Below are positions 1 through 12,867 of a stretch of 64,000 bases of DNA, in pieces. The stretch is from positions 3,170,559 to 3,234,558 of the forward strand of contig NW_003314268.1 of NCBI RefSeq assembly GCF_000143415.4, in the 5' to 3' direction. Both the position numbers and the translations under genes were made by a program. The notes beneath the pieces were generated by a model that was not told the DNA's origin, searched no databases, and was given only the letters and a program-made list of their open reading frames with translations. How positions within the stretch are numbered: position 1 is the first letter of the stretch; each line of letters starts with the position of its first letter. The stretch is from Selaginella moellendorffii. Lineage: Eukaryota > Plantae > Lycopodiophyta.

Positions 1-2442
1 TTGAGTAGTTTATCCTTTCCTACAGGTTGAAGTATAGGTTCATCATCATAGATGTAACTTTGAACCTTTGTTATCAATATTTTGGCTGAAATGGTTATTT
101 GTGTAGTCTACTGAACTAAATCTTTAATCATTTTAAAGTAACATTCCATAAAGAACATCAACCATGAATAACATGGTCCTACTAACTCAACCTCCTCTAA
201 AATTGTATATCTTATAATTTAATGTGAATTGCTCTAGAATTGTAGATATACTTGCTTATTCATTTGGTTGAATAGGTTGAGCTAATAAAACCATGATACT
301 CATGATCGAAATTCCTCATATGTCACATTCTCAACAATATAAATAACTAAGTGTACTTGTTATGGATATTGTTGGAAGTTTAGTTTCTAGCAAATAAATT
401 CTTATCCTAAAAGTAGTGTTAGCAAACATTACGATGATCAAAGAGGGACTTAATAAGGTCAAAGAAAGGATCTTAAAGCATTCTAAGGGTATTATAGAAT
501 AGTTATAAGATTGGATGTTTTAATTTTGATAAGATAATGAGAATGGATATAACTTAAGGCATAAGAAGCTAGTGTGTCACTGGTACATTTGAAGTGGGAT
601 TCAAACACATAAAGCACTTGAACTAAGTGTGTGGCTTAATGCCACTTTTAGGTCTAAGTTAGAATGAAGACCTATAAAAGTTATAAATAAAACTCATTCA
701 AGTGGTCAATAATGTAAATAAGTGATTAAAGTAGAATAGAAAATTAAGTCACTTATACTAACTTAACTCAAAGGGTAAATTGTCAAAAAAGTGGGGCTTT
801 CCTTACTCTCAGAAGAAATTAATTTTCAAATTTTGTATAAATTTAATAAATTTTAAGCAACAAAAAAAATAACTTTCCATTAAAGTTTAATTATAAGGGT
901 TTATTTATTTCCTTCTTAAATTGGTTAAAGATTTTAGGATATAAAAAGTTTAAATCTAAAAACTTACACCCATAAAGCACAAATTTTCCCTCTCTTGATC
1001 CATGTATAAACCAGCTGCAAGATAGGCACAAATTTCAAGAGAGAGAGATATTCATTAGCCACTACAAAATTGAAAGCCTAGATAATTAATATTATATCAA
1101 AGACATATTTTTTGATAAGCCATTATAAAATTAAAATTTTGAATAATCAATACTAGACCAAGACACATAACTCAAAATCAAGCATGTGATCCAAAAAATC
1201 CCATAAAATGCCAATACAGCATATTGCTAACTATAATTTATGTTTGCTAGCATATTTTATAGTCCAAAGGATTATTTATGATAGGTGAGTGCAGTTCTTA
1301 CTAGCATCTGAGGAAGCTGTTATAGCTAAGAAACCTCTATCCTAATTACTCTTCAATAATGTGTATATATTTTAGGTGGGTTGAAAGGAGGAAGTATTCA
1401 TTCTTGTTCATAAGTTGGAGTGTTGAACTTATAGAATAGCTAGAAAAATATATTTAAACTAAAAGTGATTATTTCATATATTTGTATTTGTTGTTGCACT
1501 TATCAACTATAGAAGTGATTGTTGCATCAGGGCTGCACTAGGAAACTATATATTTGTGGTATTATTATCATTGTACCAGGACTCTTGATCACAAACATCA
1601 TTATTTAGTTGATTGTCCTTACTATTTGATGCTATTCTTCTTATGAAGCCTAGATATGGTTGGAATGAGCATGTGGTTTTAGCAAATATGCCTCCTCAAT
1701 AACACATCTTCTATGACTGTGTGAGAAAGAAAAAGAAAAAGTAGGAGACAATGTGTACCCTTAAAATAGGGTAATGGTTTATTTGCTCATGCTCATAAAC
1801 CCTGCCCAACTTATCACTTGCAATTGTCACTTTTAAATCTAAACTCAACCCAAGTGTATTTGTGAACATATCATAGATGCACTAAAAAACTGTGGTGTGG
1901 TTGTCATTGCATTAAGACTTTTGGTCATAAGCATCATTGTTTGGCTGATTGTTATTATTTCGACATTCTTTAAGGCTGTTTTTGCTCTTTGAATCACTAC
2001 TGCCTTGTACTATTGTGAGCATTGGAGTCTTGGAAGGTGTAGTGCCTCCATTGAATGGCTAATCTTTGTTCCAACCATATCTAAACCTTATAAGCATTCT
2101 AAAACCCTTTCCGCCTATTTCCTTTACCAAGCAACGAAGGTTGCACTAGTAGACATGCATGCCATAACAACTCTAAGAATTGGGGTCATGCAAGAGATGG
2201 GAAGCCTTTATGGTCTCCCCACACTAAGCCAAGATTCTATTTGATGGCATGTTATATGATTCTAGTATGTGAAAGAAGGTGGGTTGAAACACTGCCAAGA
2301 TTGGTGAGAAATGGACCTGTGTATGCCTTTAGAGTTCTTGGCGAGGAGGCATGGGGACGAGACAGAGATCGGAAGAGTGTGTCTTTTGGGCTTTTCTTTG
2401 TGTTTAAGAATGGACCGAATAAATACGGGTGCAACCTAAAGT

Positions 2443-4425
2443 ATGGAGCACGGTATTTCTGACACAGAGTTCGACCAAGCTTACGATCTGTGCCAGAAGC
2501 GCGGGCTGCTGCTTCGAGATTGGTGTTTGGGGTTCCGCGATGATCCTTCGTACCTATGGAACACTGGCAACGCAACCCAGCTCTGCCGGCCTGCGCTCAC
2601 CCCGCTCTCTGAAGAGGACCCGTTCCTCTTTATCCCACGTTCAATCGCTAAGGGGCTTCTTGAGCGTATCCAGGCGTTGCGTCCTGGCAGTGAACTTGTC
2701 ATTATGGGTGCCAAAGGTTCTGGAAAGACGGTAGTGGTTGGCGCAGTTTGCAACCAACTCCAGCAGTCGGGGTGGAAGCGAGTAGTTTTCTTGGATCCGG
2801 AAGAGCTCACCCGCAAGTTTGTGCTCGCCTTGTGGAAGGGCTTGCTCGTGTCATTTTATGGCCTGCAGAAGGAAACAGAGGAGATTTCTCGAAGAAGGCA
2901 GGCTGCCCAGTTGGAGGAGTGGTGTTATGCTCACGTTTCAGAGCTCATCTTTGTGGTAGACGATTTCGAGTCCTTCGAGCCAAGAGAGGAGGATACGGAA
3001 CAACAGAAAACTGCCAGGGCTGCTGCCAAAGATCATCTTCTCGGCTTCATGCAGCTGTACGCTCTCGTTCGGGTTTCTTCTGTAAACAGCAGAGAACGGC
3101 TGATTGCAGAAAGGAGCGACAAGAAGAAACTCAAGCTCCTGAAATCAAAGTTCCTCGTCGACGGGCCTTACCTGCCAGCGGAGATAGAGACATGGAGAGG
3201 TGTAGCACCATTAACTGAGGATGTGAAGAAGAGTCTGACTGTGGCGTATCTTACTGGGGGAATGCCGCAGTTGCTGACATACTTCGAACAGGCGCAGGGG
3301 GACGAGGATATATACAGGGATCTTATTGCCGAGCCGTTTACTTACAAGCTCTGGACTGATTTCATCGGGCTGCTGGAAAACAAGGCCGAGTTAGAGGCAG
3401 CAGACAGGCTTATTATGCGTGGAGAGATCAATCATATGCTCGCCAGGAAAGTGAAGCTTACTTGCTTCTACGAGGGGACGGACAGAAAGTACCGTCTGCT
3501 TTCTGCCTATCTAGAAACGCAAGCTAGGAACTATCTGAGGGACCGGTATCGACAAGTGGATGATGGTTTGAGCATGATTGACATTCGGGGGTGGGCTTCG
3601 ATGGTGTACAGGGACCTCAGGATACAGCATCTCCCTCTCAACTCTGCTCGTGTTGGCTGGAATGTAGAGCGTTTCGTTATCGACATAATGCGACACTCTA
3701 AGCGGGTTTTCCATGATGATGAACGGAGCAGCTTCAACCGTGTAGTGGAGTATGCCCACGGCAAGAAAGCAGAGACATATTCGGAACTTGGCGATGTTGA
3801 GCTGCTAGAAGGCGTGCTTCTGGTCCCAATGGCGTTCAATGAAAGAGCCGTGGATGTGGTTCTTATTAAGATCGTGGACGGCGTTCTGTATATCTGGGCA
3901 ATGCAGTTCACTATTGCGAAATGGAAGACAAAGTCCCGGAAAATGTCGCATAGAGTGTGGAAGACAGAAGTGGCATCCCATTTCCAGTTCGGGATTGGTG
4001 TGCATGATGATGCCAATAGGGAGCAGAAGGTGCAATCTGTGAAGACTGAGTATTACTGCATCATGCCAGAAAATGTAACTGAGCAAGACATACTGGCTGA
4101 TGAAGAAATGGAGCAAGATGACGAAGTTGACAAAGGTCAAGCTGAGGTTTTTGCCAAAATTCCGATAGAGTCGACTGGCCCAGCTTTTAAGAAATTCGGT
4201 GCTGTGCACAGGATTCTAGAGCCCCTGGACAGGATGCTGAACCTTGCGCGGCCTGCTGCTGTGTCGGTGCCAAAAATGTTCAAGTGCAAGCAAGAGGGAT
4301 GCGAGAGCCGTGGTTCAAAGGAAAATTATTGCTGCAAACGCCACCTCCCTTACCGTGAGTCCACAAACGCTGATGGAGTAACACTTGGAAACTTTGAAAA
4401 TATTGTTGTTCATAATCAGTTCTGA
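2443..4425 (+). CDS. Intronless P-loop NTPase + C-terminal PD-(D/E)xK-like (restriction-endonuclease fold) protein, Crinkler/RHS (CR) effector-like, with a terminal Cys/His finger
   Basis: 660-aa open ORF. Walker A GAKGSGKT and Walker B LIFVVDD. C-terminal GWNVE...PMAFNERAVD...WAMQFT fits the G-x-x-x-E / P-x3-N-x3-D / Q-x-T pattern of CR-type REase domains. Acidic linker, then CKQEGC-x9-CCKRH. Confidence 0.72.
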   Translation: MEHGISDTEFDQAYDLCQKRGLLLRDWCLGFRDDPSYLWNTGNATQLCRPALTPLSEEDPFLFIPRSIAKGLLERIQALRPGSELVIMGAKGSGKTVVVGAVCNQLQQSGWKRVVFLDPEELTRKFVLALWKGLLVSFYGLQKETEEISRRRQAAQLEEWCYAHVSELIFVVDDFESFEPREEDTEQQKTARAAAKDHLLGFMQLYALVRVSSVNSRERLIAERSDKKKLKLLKSKFLVDGPYLPAEIETWRGVAPLTEDVKKSLTVAYLTGGMPQLLTYFEQAQGDEDIYRDLIAEPFTYKLWTDFIGLLENKAELEAADRLIMRGEINHMLARKVKLTCFYEGTDRKYRLLSAYLETQARNYLRDRYRQVDDGLSMIDIRGWASMVYRDLRIQHLPLNSARVGWNVERFVIDIMRHSKRVFHDDERSSFNRVVEYAHGKKAETYSELGDVELLEGVLLVPMAFNERAVDVVLIKIVDGVLYIWAMQFTIAKWKTKSRKMSHRVWKTEVASHFQFGIGVHDDANREQKVQSVKTEYYCIMPENVTEQDILADEEMEQDDEVDKGQAEVFAKIPIESTGPAFKKFGAVHRILEPLDRMLNLARPAAVSVPKMFKCKQEGCESRGSKENYCCKRHLPYRESTNADGVTLGNFENIVVHNQF

Positions 4426-4551
4426 CAATGTAAGAATGAAATCGGAAAATGAATATGAGAATGAACACACCAATGTACGACAGTCCATATGGTTGAACAG
4501 TGTAAATGACTGGATGACATCTGTTTAATCTATTACTAAAATGTAGGGTTC

Positions 4552-6297
4552 GTGGAAAGCAGCGCCCCCGGGGCGTGAGTTCTCTGTCCACGATCGAGCG
4601 ATTTTTCTCATCACTCTATGATAATTCAGGTCTCCTCTGAGAATGTGGCCTCCGTGATCGGATTGAAGGATTTGTACGCGCGCAAGCTCAAGCCCTTGGA
4701 GCGCCTCTACAAGTTCAACATTTTCTCCAGTCCTGCTATGGTATGGGATTCGTGCACAGCTCGATTCGATGCAGGCTAATGTTTCTGCTTAGACTGATAG
4801 CTATTTCGAGGCGAAACCGATGGTGACACTGCTAGGACAATATTCGACTGGAAAGACGACGTTCATTAGCCACATTCTCGGAAGAAGCTATCCTGGTATG
4901 TTTCTGGATTTGAGTTTTTCTTGTTCTCTGGTCTTCCCTTCTTTCTTTCATGAGTGCTATTGTGATTTAAACCTGCGAATAAGAGTTTCCTTCTTGCCGA
5001 TTGCAATGCTTCCTTTTTTTCATCTAACGCGAAGCGTGACCTTACACAGTCTTTACTTCGTCCAGGAGCTCACATTGGACCAGAGCCGACGACCGATCGT
5101 TTCGTTGCCGTGATGGTATGTTTGTGTTTCGCTGGTATGTCGATCCTCTTTTTCTGGTTTTCTCTTTGCAGGGAGGAAGCGTCGACAAAACTGTTCCTGG
5201 CAACACGGTGTCCGATACGCCTTTCGGTGGTCTCAAAAGGTTTGGGACAGCGTTTCTGTCGAAATTCGAGTGTGCTCAAATGTCACATCCAGTGAGTTCT
5301 TCTAGTTTCTTGCTCTGTTAAAACAATGGTGGGCTTGTTTGGCAGCTACTGAATGACGTGACTTTCATCGATACGCCTGGAGTTTTGTCAGACACAGAAC
5401 GCAGCTACGATTTTCTTGGCGTAACAGAGTGGTTTGCAGCGAAGTCGGATATGATATTTTTGCTTTTCGATCCTCACAAACTGGACATTAGTGACGAACT
5501 AAAACGGGTTATTGAATCCCTTAGAGGGAACGATGACAAGATTCGAGTTCTTCTCAACAAAGTCGATGGTATTGACGCTCAACAGGTGAATATTGTCTTT
5601 TCCTCTCGTATATCCTGACCCGTTACTTCAACAGCTGATGAGAGTATATGGAGCTCTTATGTGGTCCCTTGGTAAAGGTTGTGAACACGCCAGAAGTAAT
5701 GCGAGTATACATCGGGTATGCTTTCTGAATATCAATCACTGTGATTGTTGGCGATTTTTGTGTTGCAGTTCATTTTATGACAACCCGCAGAAGATCATTC
5801 TAAGCAAAGATCTCTTTGACCTGGAGAAGAAAGATCTCTTGAGAGAACTATCAGAGCTGCCAAAGAGATCTTGTGATCGAAGGGTGATATCTCTTTAAAT
5901 TTTCATTATCATATCCTCTTCCTTATTTTGTTTACAGATAAGTGAATTCGTAAAGCGAGCTCATGCAGCGAAAGTACATGCATATCTCATCGGGCATTTG
6001 AAGCAACAGATGCCCATCCTGTGGGGAAAAGCCGACGCTCAGGAAATCTTGGTTGTGAACTTGGAAGATGAATTTGTGAAGGTATGGAGATGTTTGTAGT
6101 TCACACGTGAAATCCTTCTCTTACAGGTGCAAAGTCTCTATCACTTGCCAAAGGGGGGACCTGCCAGACATTGATGCGTTTAGAATGTGCACAATATTGA
6201 CAGCTTCCATCGTCTAAGGCCATCAATGATCCAGTCTGTGGACGATATGCTCACTCATGACATCCCAAAGTTGCTCAGCAACTTTGCTGTCGCTTAA
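4552..6297 (+). pseudogene. EHD: EHD (dynamin-like ATPase) pseudogene, copy 1
   Basis: GQYSTGKT, GPEPTTDRF, DTPG and NKVD motifs. Relative to copy 2: the ATG of exon 1 is deleted, +1 frameshift at ~5678 (ggtaaaggtt vs ggtaaagtt), extra G at ~6158, 10-bp deletion at ~6186. Confidence 0.88.
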
Positions 6298-6567
6298 GCT
6301 ACTTCCCTTGGTGGTTTTGCAAACCAGACTTTCGTTTTGATAGTGTAAGTTTGAACCTATTTAATTTTATGCAGTTCATGGTCCATCAGCTTTAAATTGT
6401 TGTGTACCAGGTGAACCACGGAGGAAGAACTACAACCACAAACTCTGAAGACCTTATCCATCAGCCTTTAAACTGTTGTTGCGAGCTCGGTGAAGGATAC
6501 ACAAACCACCACATACGAGTCTTAGCAGCAGCCAGCTTCTACATATCCAGCACTATCGCCTTGCATC

Positions 6568-7621
6568 ATGGAGAAAGTTTCTCGCGTTTGTGCACTCTTG
6601 GTATCGTTTTATATATAGATTTCTAGCACAATCTAATCACTCTCGTTCTTGGGCAGGTTTTGGGATGTGTTTCCTGCATAGTTTGCAGCGAGGAACTGAT
6701 AAGGCAGCATGTCTATGACGGTTCCATCTATGACACCGGCAGCTTCAATGTTTCAGTGTTCACCATCAATCAAAGACGCCTACTGCCACTCCGGGTCTTC
6801 ACTCCTTCGAGCAACGGGACGTTTCCCCTTATAGTTTTCCACCATGGAGCATTCCTCGAGACTCGAATCTACACAGACATACTCACGCATATCTCCAGCC
6901 ACGGCTACGTCATCGTTGCGCCACAGGTGAGCTACGTGACTCAAAAACTCTCACTCCACTCACACTGATACAGAGAAGTGACAGGTTTTGGGACACAAAT
7001 GCCACACGAGACATCAAAGATGCAGCGAGAGTTATTGAATGGCTCGTCGGAAATTTTGCAGCCTTTCTCCCAGCTGGTGTGAGCGTCAATATTGGCAAGC
7101 TCGTCAACATGGGCCACAGCAAAGGAGGCAAGATCGCCTTCGCGCTGGCACTCAACATCAAGGCCAACGTCAGCGTACCATTTGCCACGCTCGTTGGTCT
7201 GGACCCCATGGATGGAACAAAGATCGGCCAAACGCAACCGCGGGTTCTATACGACGCACCGATTGTTTTCCAGTACCCAAGTTTGATCATCGGCACTGGA
7301 CTTGGTGGTGCCTGCTCTCCGGCAAAGTATAACCATGCCAGTTTCTTCAACCAGACAAGCAGCATGGTGGTCGACTTGATACCCGCAAAGTATGGGCATA
7401 TGGATTTTGTGGACGATTTGGGGGCATTCGACGGTCAGAGAGTGTTCCTTCTCGCTTGCAAACGAAAGAGCCCCCGGAAGCCCATGAGAGATTTCACGGC
7501 TGGAGCAGTGGTGGCGTTCCTCAGAGCTGCCCTTTACGATGATACTGATGCATTTGCCAACATTGTCAAAAACCCGTCTTCAGCTCCTGTCCTGCTCCAG
7601 AAACCTCTTGTCCATAATTGA
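6568..7621 (+). CDS. CLH: Chlorophyllase-like alpha/beta hydrolase, copy 1; exons 6568-6600, 6657-6926, 6974-7621
   Basis: FHHG oxyanion region, nucleophile GHSKGG, LDPMDG (Asp), YGHMDF (His). Phase-0 GT-AG introns keep the frame. Confidence 0.9.
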
Positions 7622-7749
7622 TATATATAAAAATAATATTAATGAATATCTATAATAATAAGGAGTTGCCAAATTTGGACCATACGATCCAGCCAATTAG
7701 CGGCAACACACGTGGAAGGCAATCTGATGTGGCAATAAATCTGATAGAG

Positions 7750-9034
7750 GATCGGGCAGCGCATCAGGAGGGCATTCTTGGGGCGGGAGCTAGGGCTAGG
7801 GGAGGATCTGGGAACAGGATCGAGTGCGTGATGAGCAGATCCAAGCATTGTGAGAGCTTTGACCTAACGTGGATTCCAGTAAACCTCATTGGGCTTATGC
7901 CCATTTTATGGTGGAGATAGGAAGTATTTGGGCCAGGGAGTCTATATGAATCTTTATTATCATTTTTATTTTTGGTTTGCTTAAGTAAACTTGTATGGTA
8001 GTGGATATATTTAAAATATGTTTTAGGATTAGTATTTTAGGATATTCTACCATTTAACGATTGTTATTCATTTAAATTAATTTTGTATTTATAATTTATA
8101 AAAAAATTTAAACCCTTTCTAGTATATTTTTTTAATTCTATCATCTAATGGTTGATATGCAATTACATAAATCTTGTGTTTATAAATTACAAACATGCTT
8201 ATAATTTTATACTGATTTAATCAATTGGATTAATAAGTAAAAATAACACTACTATTAAACAAACCAAGCTTTAGTACATGCAACACATAGCAATTTATTG
8301 ACATAACTAACTTGCTTCTCTTTCTCACTTGGTTGAGTATGAGGGCTTGTGCAAGGGGACACACATTGCCCAGTAATGTGCTTATGTGAAGGACATGCAT
8401 GGCTGAAGGAATTTTCCTGGCCAGGACAGCAAGTATAACCAAAGAGGTTTGGTCATGAGGTATGGCAGCCATGGACTTTTTTTTTCTTGATAGCTTTGGA
8501 AGCATGGCATCACTGCTATCACGAGGATGGGCATCTGGGCAATGAACCACTACAGCTGTAGTGAGCCTGTAATAAGTGAGAGGCAAATATCTTAAAGTAA
8601 GAAAACTATACCTAAAATATCAAAGTTTGCATGTAAAAAAGTGATTTTGTATGTACCTTTGAGTAGCCACTGGGCATGTCCTGGAAGGGGCGTCTTTGTC
8701 ACCGATTGGAAGAGGGCAATGCCAAGTGAGCAAGTGCATTTACGGAGACGTCCACAATTCCATTCACATGCTAGCCCATAGAACAAAATGAGGTGGCACA
8801 CATGGATGATGACATGAACATGGCAGTTTGTTAGACAGGATCAGGTGGCACATCAGGAGGGCGTTCTTGGGATGTAGTAGTGGGCAATAAAAGGCATGGC
8901 GTGAGCTAGGGCTAGGGGAGAATCTGCTTAAGAATATGTGACACTTAGAAACAGGATCAAGGGCCGAGCAAATCTGAGCACAGTGAGAGCTTTGGTCTAG
9001 CACAGTAAACCTTGCTTGGGCTTACACCCATTTT
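7750..9034. repeat. Two diverged copies (~7750-7907 and ~8838-9034) of a short dispersed repeat in the spacer between cassettes
   Basis: Shared blocks catcaggagggc.ttcttgg, gagctagggctagggga, aacaggatc, gtgagagcttt, cagtaaacct, tgggctta..ccatttt. Confidence 0.6.
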
Positions 9035-10388
9035 AAATTCCTACAACATCTTAGCTAGTGTAGATATTTGCTCTTAGCAAATGAGATGCCAATTGGTTGG
9101 AGTCAGAGGTGTTGTGATGTGTGGTAGATGCATGTGTTGACTTGCATTGACAGTCAAACCTTTGGACTGTTGGATCCAATCAATACCAAATTTCTAATTT
9201 GCTCTCACTTGGGCAAGACTGGATTCTAGGCATTCTCTATGGGCATGCAACAGCATCATCGGTGAAAGAGTGCCAAAATGAAATCTATGCTTAAGAAAAT
9301 TAATGATATCAAGTTGATCAAGTTGGTGTCTCCCACTCAAGCTCATTGAGGGGCCGCTTCAAAAGACTTGCTTTCAAGCTTGAGGTTGGCATGAGGAGTG
9401 GATCATTGACTGTTCTCAGCCTCAAGATCACTGGAGTGTGATGGCATCCACAACATTTTTGTGATGGATTCTTGGTGGAATCTATAGGTCATTGAGGCTT
9501 AAAGTTTACATTTCAGAAATGGTTAGATATTTTAATGCAATCCTAAGCTCTAAACATGAATGAATAATATCTATTTTAGGTTTGCAAGCCTCTTGGCAAT
9601 ATTAGAATCCATTTCCTTTGGCTTTTAAACCTTTGGCCACATCCAGACATTCATAAGCACACTTCCAGCCAAGGTATTGTAGAAAGTAATTGATATTTTG
9701 TTTATATGTTTGTAATGGGATATAGACTCTGGCTTCTAGGATTTGATTTTCCTCTAGTTTCCTCTAGTTTGTAACAGGTGCATTGGTGGCACAACATAAA
9801 ATTCTTGAATATTTTCCAACCTATAATTTTTTTTTAAGCCCTAATCCCATAATGGATCAATAAGTTGTACTAATTGGCATAACTGTTATGGACAACATTT
9901 TCTTTATTCAAACCACTCATCTATGTTTAATATATGCTCCCATTGTTATGGTGTTAGCATATTTGTTTCCATGGCTGTGGCTGCTACCAAGCTGCAGAAA
10001 ATTCATTGCTAATAAGCTACAAAAAAACTCATTCTATAAACAAGGACTCAAATGGGCATTGCCAACTTAAACATTCCATAGCAACTCTAGGAATGGGGTC
10101 ATGCAGTGGATGCAAGAGATGGAAAGCCTTTATGGTCTTGCCATGTAACAAGCTTGCCACTAGGCCAATATCCTATTATATAGCATGTTATATGGTTCTA
10201 GTATGTGAAAGAAGGTGAGTTGAAACTTTGCCAAGGTTGGCAAGAAATAAACCTGTGTATGCCTTTATATTGGCATGTTGGTGAGGAGGCATGGAGACGA
10301 GAGACGGAGGTTGAAGATGGAAGGCAGCATGAGTTGGTGGAGTGTGTTTTTTGGGCTTTCCTTTTGTGTTTAAATGGAAAACTTGGCC

Positions 10389-12240
10389 ATGGGGCACCGT
10401 CTTATTACAGAGTTCGACCAAGCTTACTGCTTCGAGATTGGTGTTTGGGGTTCCGCGATGATCCTTTGTACCTATGGAACACTGGCAACGCAACCCAGCT
10501 CTGCCGGCCTGCGCTCACCCCGCTCTCTGAAGAGGACCCGTTCCTCTTCATCCCACGTTCAATCGCTAAGGGGCTTCTTGAGCGTATCCAGGCGTTGCGT
10601 CCTGGCAGTGAACTTGTCATTATGGGTGCCAAAGGTTCTGGAAAGACGGTAGTGCAGTTTGCAACCAACTCCAGCAGTAGGGGCGGAAGCGGGTAGTTTT
10701 CTTGGATCCGGAAGAGCTCACCCGCAAGTTTGTGCTCGCCTTGTGGAAGGGCTTGCTCGTGGCATTTTGTGGCCTGCAGAAGGAAACGGAGGGGATTTCT
10801 CGAAGAAGGCAGGCTGTCCAGTTGGAGGAGTGGTGTTATGCTCACGTTTCAGAGCTGAGCTTTGTGGTAGACGATTGCGAGTCCTTCGAGGACCAGGGCT
10901 GCTGCCAAACATCATCTTCTCGGCTTCATGCAGCTGTACGCTCTCGTTCGGGTTTCTTCTGTAAACAGCAGAGAACGCTTGATTGTTGAAAGGAGCAACA
11001 AGAAGAAACTCAAGCTCCTGAAGTTCCTCGTCGACGGGCCAGTGGAGAAAGGGACATGGAGAGGTGTAACACCATTAACTGAGGATGTGAAGAAGAGTCT
11101 GACTGTGGCATATCTTACTGGGGGAATGCCACAGTTGCTGACATACTTCGAACAGGCGCAGGGGGACGAGGATACATACAGGGATCTTATTGCCGAGCCG
11201 TTTACTTACAAGCTCTGGACTGATTTCATCGGGCTGCTGGAAAACAAGGCCGAGTTAGGCTTATTATGCGTGGAGAGATCAATCATATGCTCGCCAGGAA
11301 AGTGAAGCTTACTTGCTTCTACGAGGGGACGGACAGAAAGTACCGTCTGCTTTCTGCCTATCTAGAAACGCAAGCTAGGAACTATCTGAGGGACCGGTAT
11401 CGACAAGTGGATGATGGTTTGAGCATGATTGACATTCGGGGGTGGGCTTCGATGGTGTACAGGGACCTCAGGGTACAGCATCTCCTTCTCAACTCTGCTC
11501 GTGTTGACTGGAATATAGAGCGTTTCGTTATCGACATAATACGACACTCTAAGCGGGTTTTCCATGATGCTGAACGGAGCAGCTTCAACCGTGTAGTGGA
11601 ATATGCCCACGGCAAGAAAGTAGAGACATATTCGGAACTTGGCGATGTTGAGCTGCTAGAAGGCGTGCTTCTGGTCCCAATGGTGTTCAATGAAAGAGCC
11701 GTGGATGTCTGGGCAATGCAGTTCATTATTGCGAAATGGAAGACAAAGTCCTGGAAAATGTCGCATAGTGTGTGGAAGACAGAAGTGGCATCCCATTTCC
11801 AGTTGGGGATTGGTGTGCATGATGGTGCCAATAGGGAGCAGAAGGTGCAATCTGTGAAGACTGAGTATTACTGCATCATGCCAGAAAATATAACTGAGCA
11901 GGACATACTGGCTGTTGAAAAAGAGGAAGAAGAGGAGCAAGATGACGAAGTTGACGAAGGTCAAGCTGAGCTTTTTGCCAAAACTCCGATAGAGTTGACT
12001 GGCCCAGCTTTTAAGAAATTCGGTGCTGTGCACGGGATTCTAGAGCCCTTGGACAGGATGCTGAACCTTGCCCGGCCTGCTGCTGCTTCGGTGCCAAAAA
12101 TGTTCAAGTGCAAGCAAGAGGGATGCGAGAGCCGTGGTTCAAAGGAAAATTATTGCTGCAAACGCCACCTCCCTGACGGAGTAATACCTTGTGGGAACAT
12201 GGCTGTTGCTGACAGACGCTGCCAGATACATTCTGCGTAA
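10389..12240 (+). pseudogene. CR-like NTPase-nuclease pseudogene, copy 2
   Basis: Homology to 2443-4425 is split over ORFs 10205, 10702, 10928 and 11266 by several frameshifting deletions. An in-frame deletion of VLIKIVDGVLYI falls inside the nuclease core. Confidence 0.9.
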
Positions 12241-12867
12241 GTCTCAGATTCACATTTGTTATGCTGCAGGAATTCCAGGCCAAGAACTATTTTTCAAGGC
12301 GCTTAGAAGCGCTCACGGGGGACAACAGCCGCTGAGGCAGGCTTTTCTCATTTTCTGGTCTGTCCTGAAACAAGCTGTAGAGGGAGGGGTGGCAGTGAAC
12401 CCAACTTCACACCTGAAATGTGGGATTGTTAAGGATCAAAATCTTCCTTTTCGCTCTTTTTTGGTGCCACTTCTTCAAACATCGGGCGAAGCCTGATGTC
12501 TTTGCCTTCGCAGTACAAGCATGGGGGTACAAGCCTTGTGAGAGAGAAGGAGCATCTGTGAAGGTTAGCAGAAAATCAGGTTTTGACAACGTCCAGGCTT
12601 GTGGGGATCGCTTCTCAATGACCTTAGAGCGTCTCTAAGCCATTAGAAGTGTTAAGTGTGGTACCTGGTTGAACTTCGCTACTTTTTACTTCATGTTTTT
12701 TAGAAACTTTGAAAATAGGTACATTGTTGTTCATAATCAGTTTCCAATTCAGCTGACAATGTAAGGATGAATCGCAAAATGAAAATGAACATGAGAGTGA
12801 ACACGAACAGCATATATACCATTGTAATAGATCGGTTTAGTTTACTAAGTTTAGGGTTCTTGGAACA

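Noticed and set aside
1-2000. AT-rich leader, possibly decayed transposon sequence
   Set aside because: No ORF, terminal repeat or motif could be assigned with confidence.
2481-4209. Antisense and alternate-frame ORFs over the NTPase gene; similar ones over the CYP, PPR, chlorophyllase and lipase genes
   Set aside because: Explained by codon bias of the real genes; no independent motifs.
2443-4425. NLR (NB-ARC) resistance gene
   Set aside because: No TIR/CC or LRR domain and no recognisable RNBS or MHD motifs. The C-terminus fits a nuclease fold instead.
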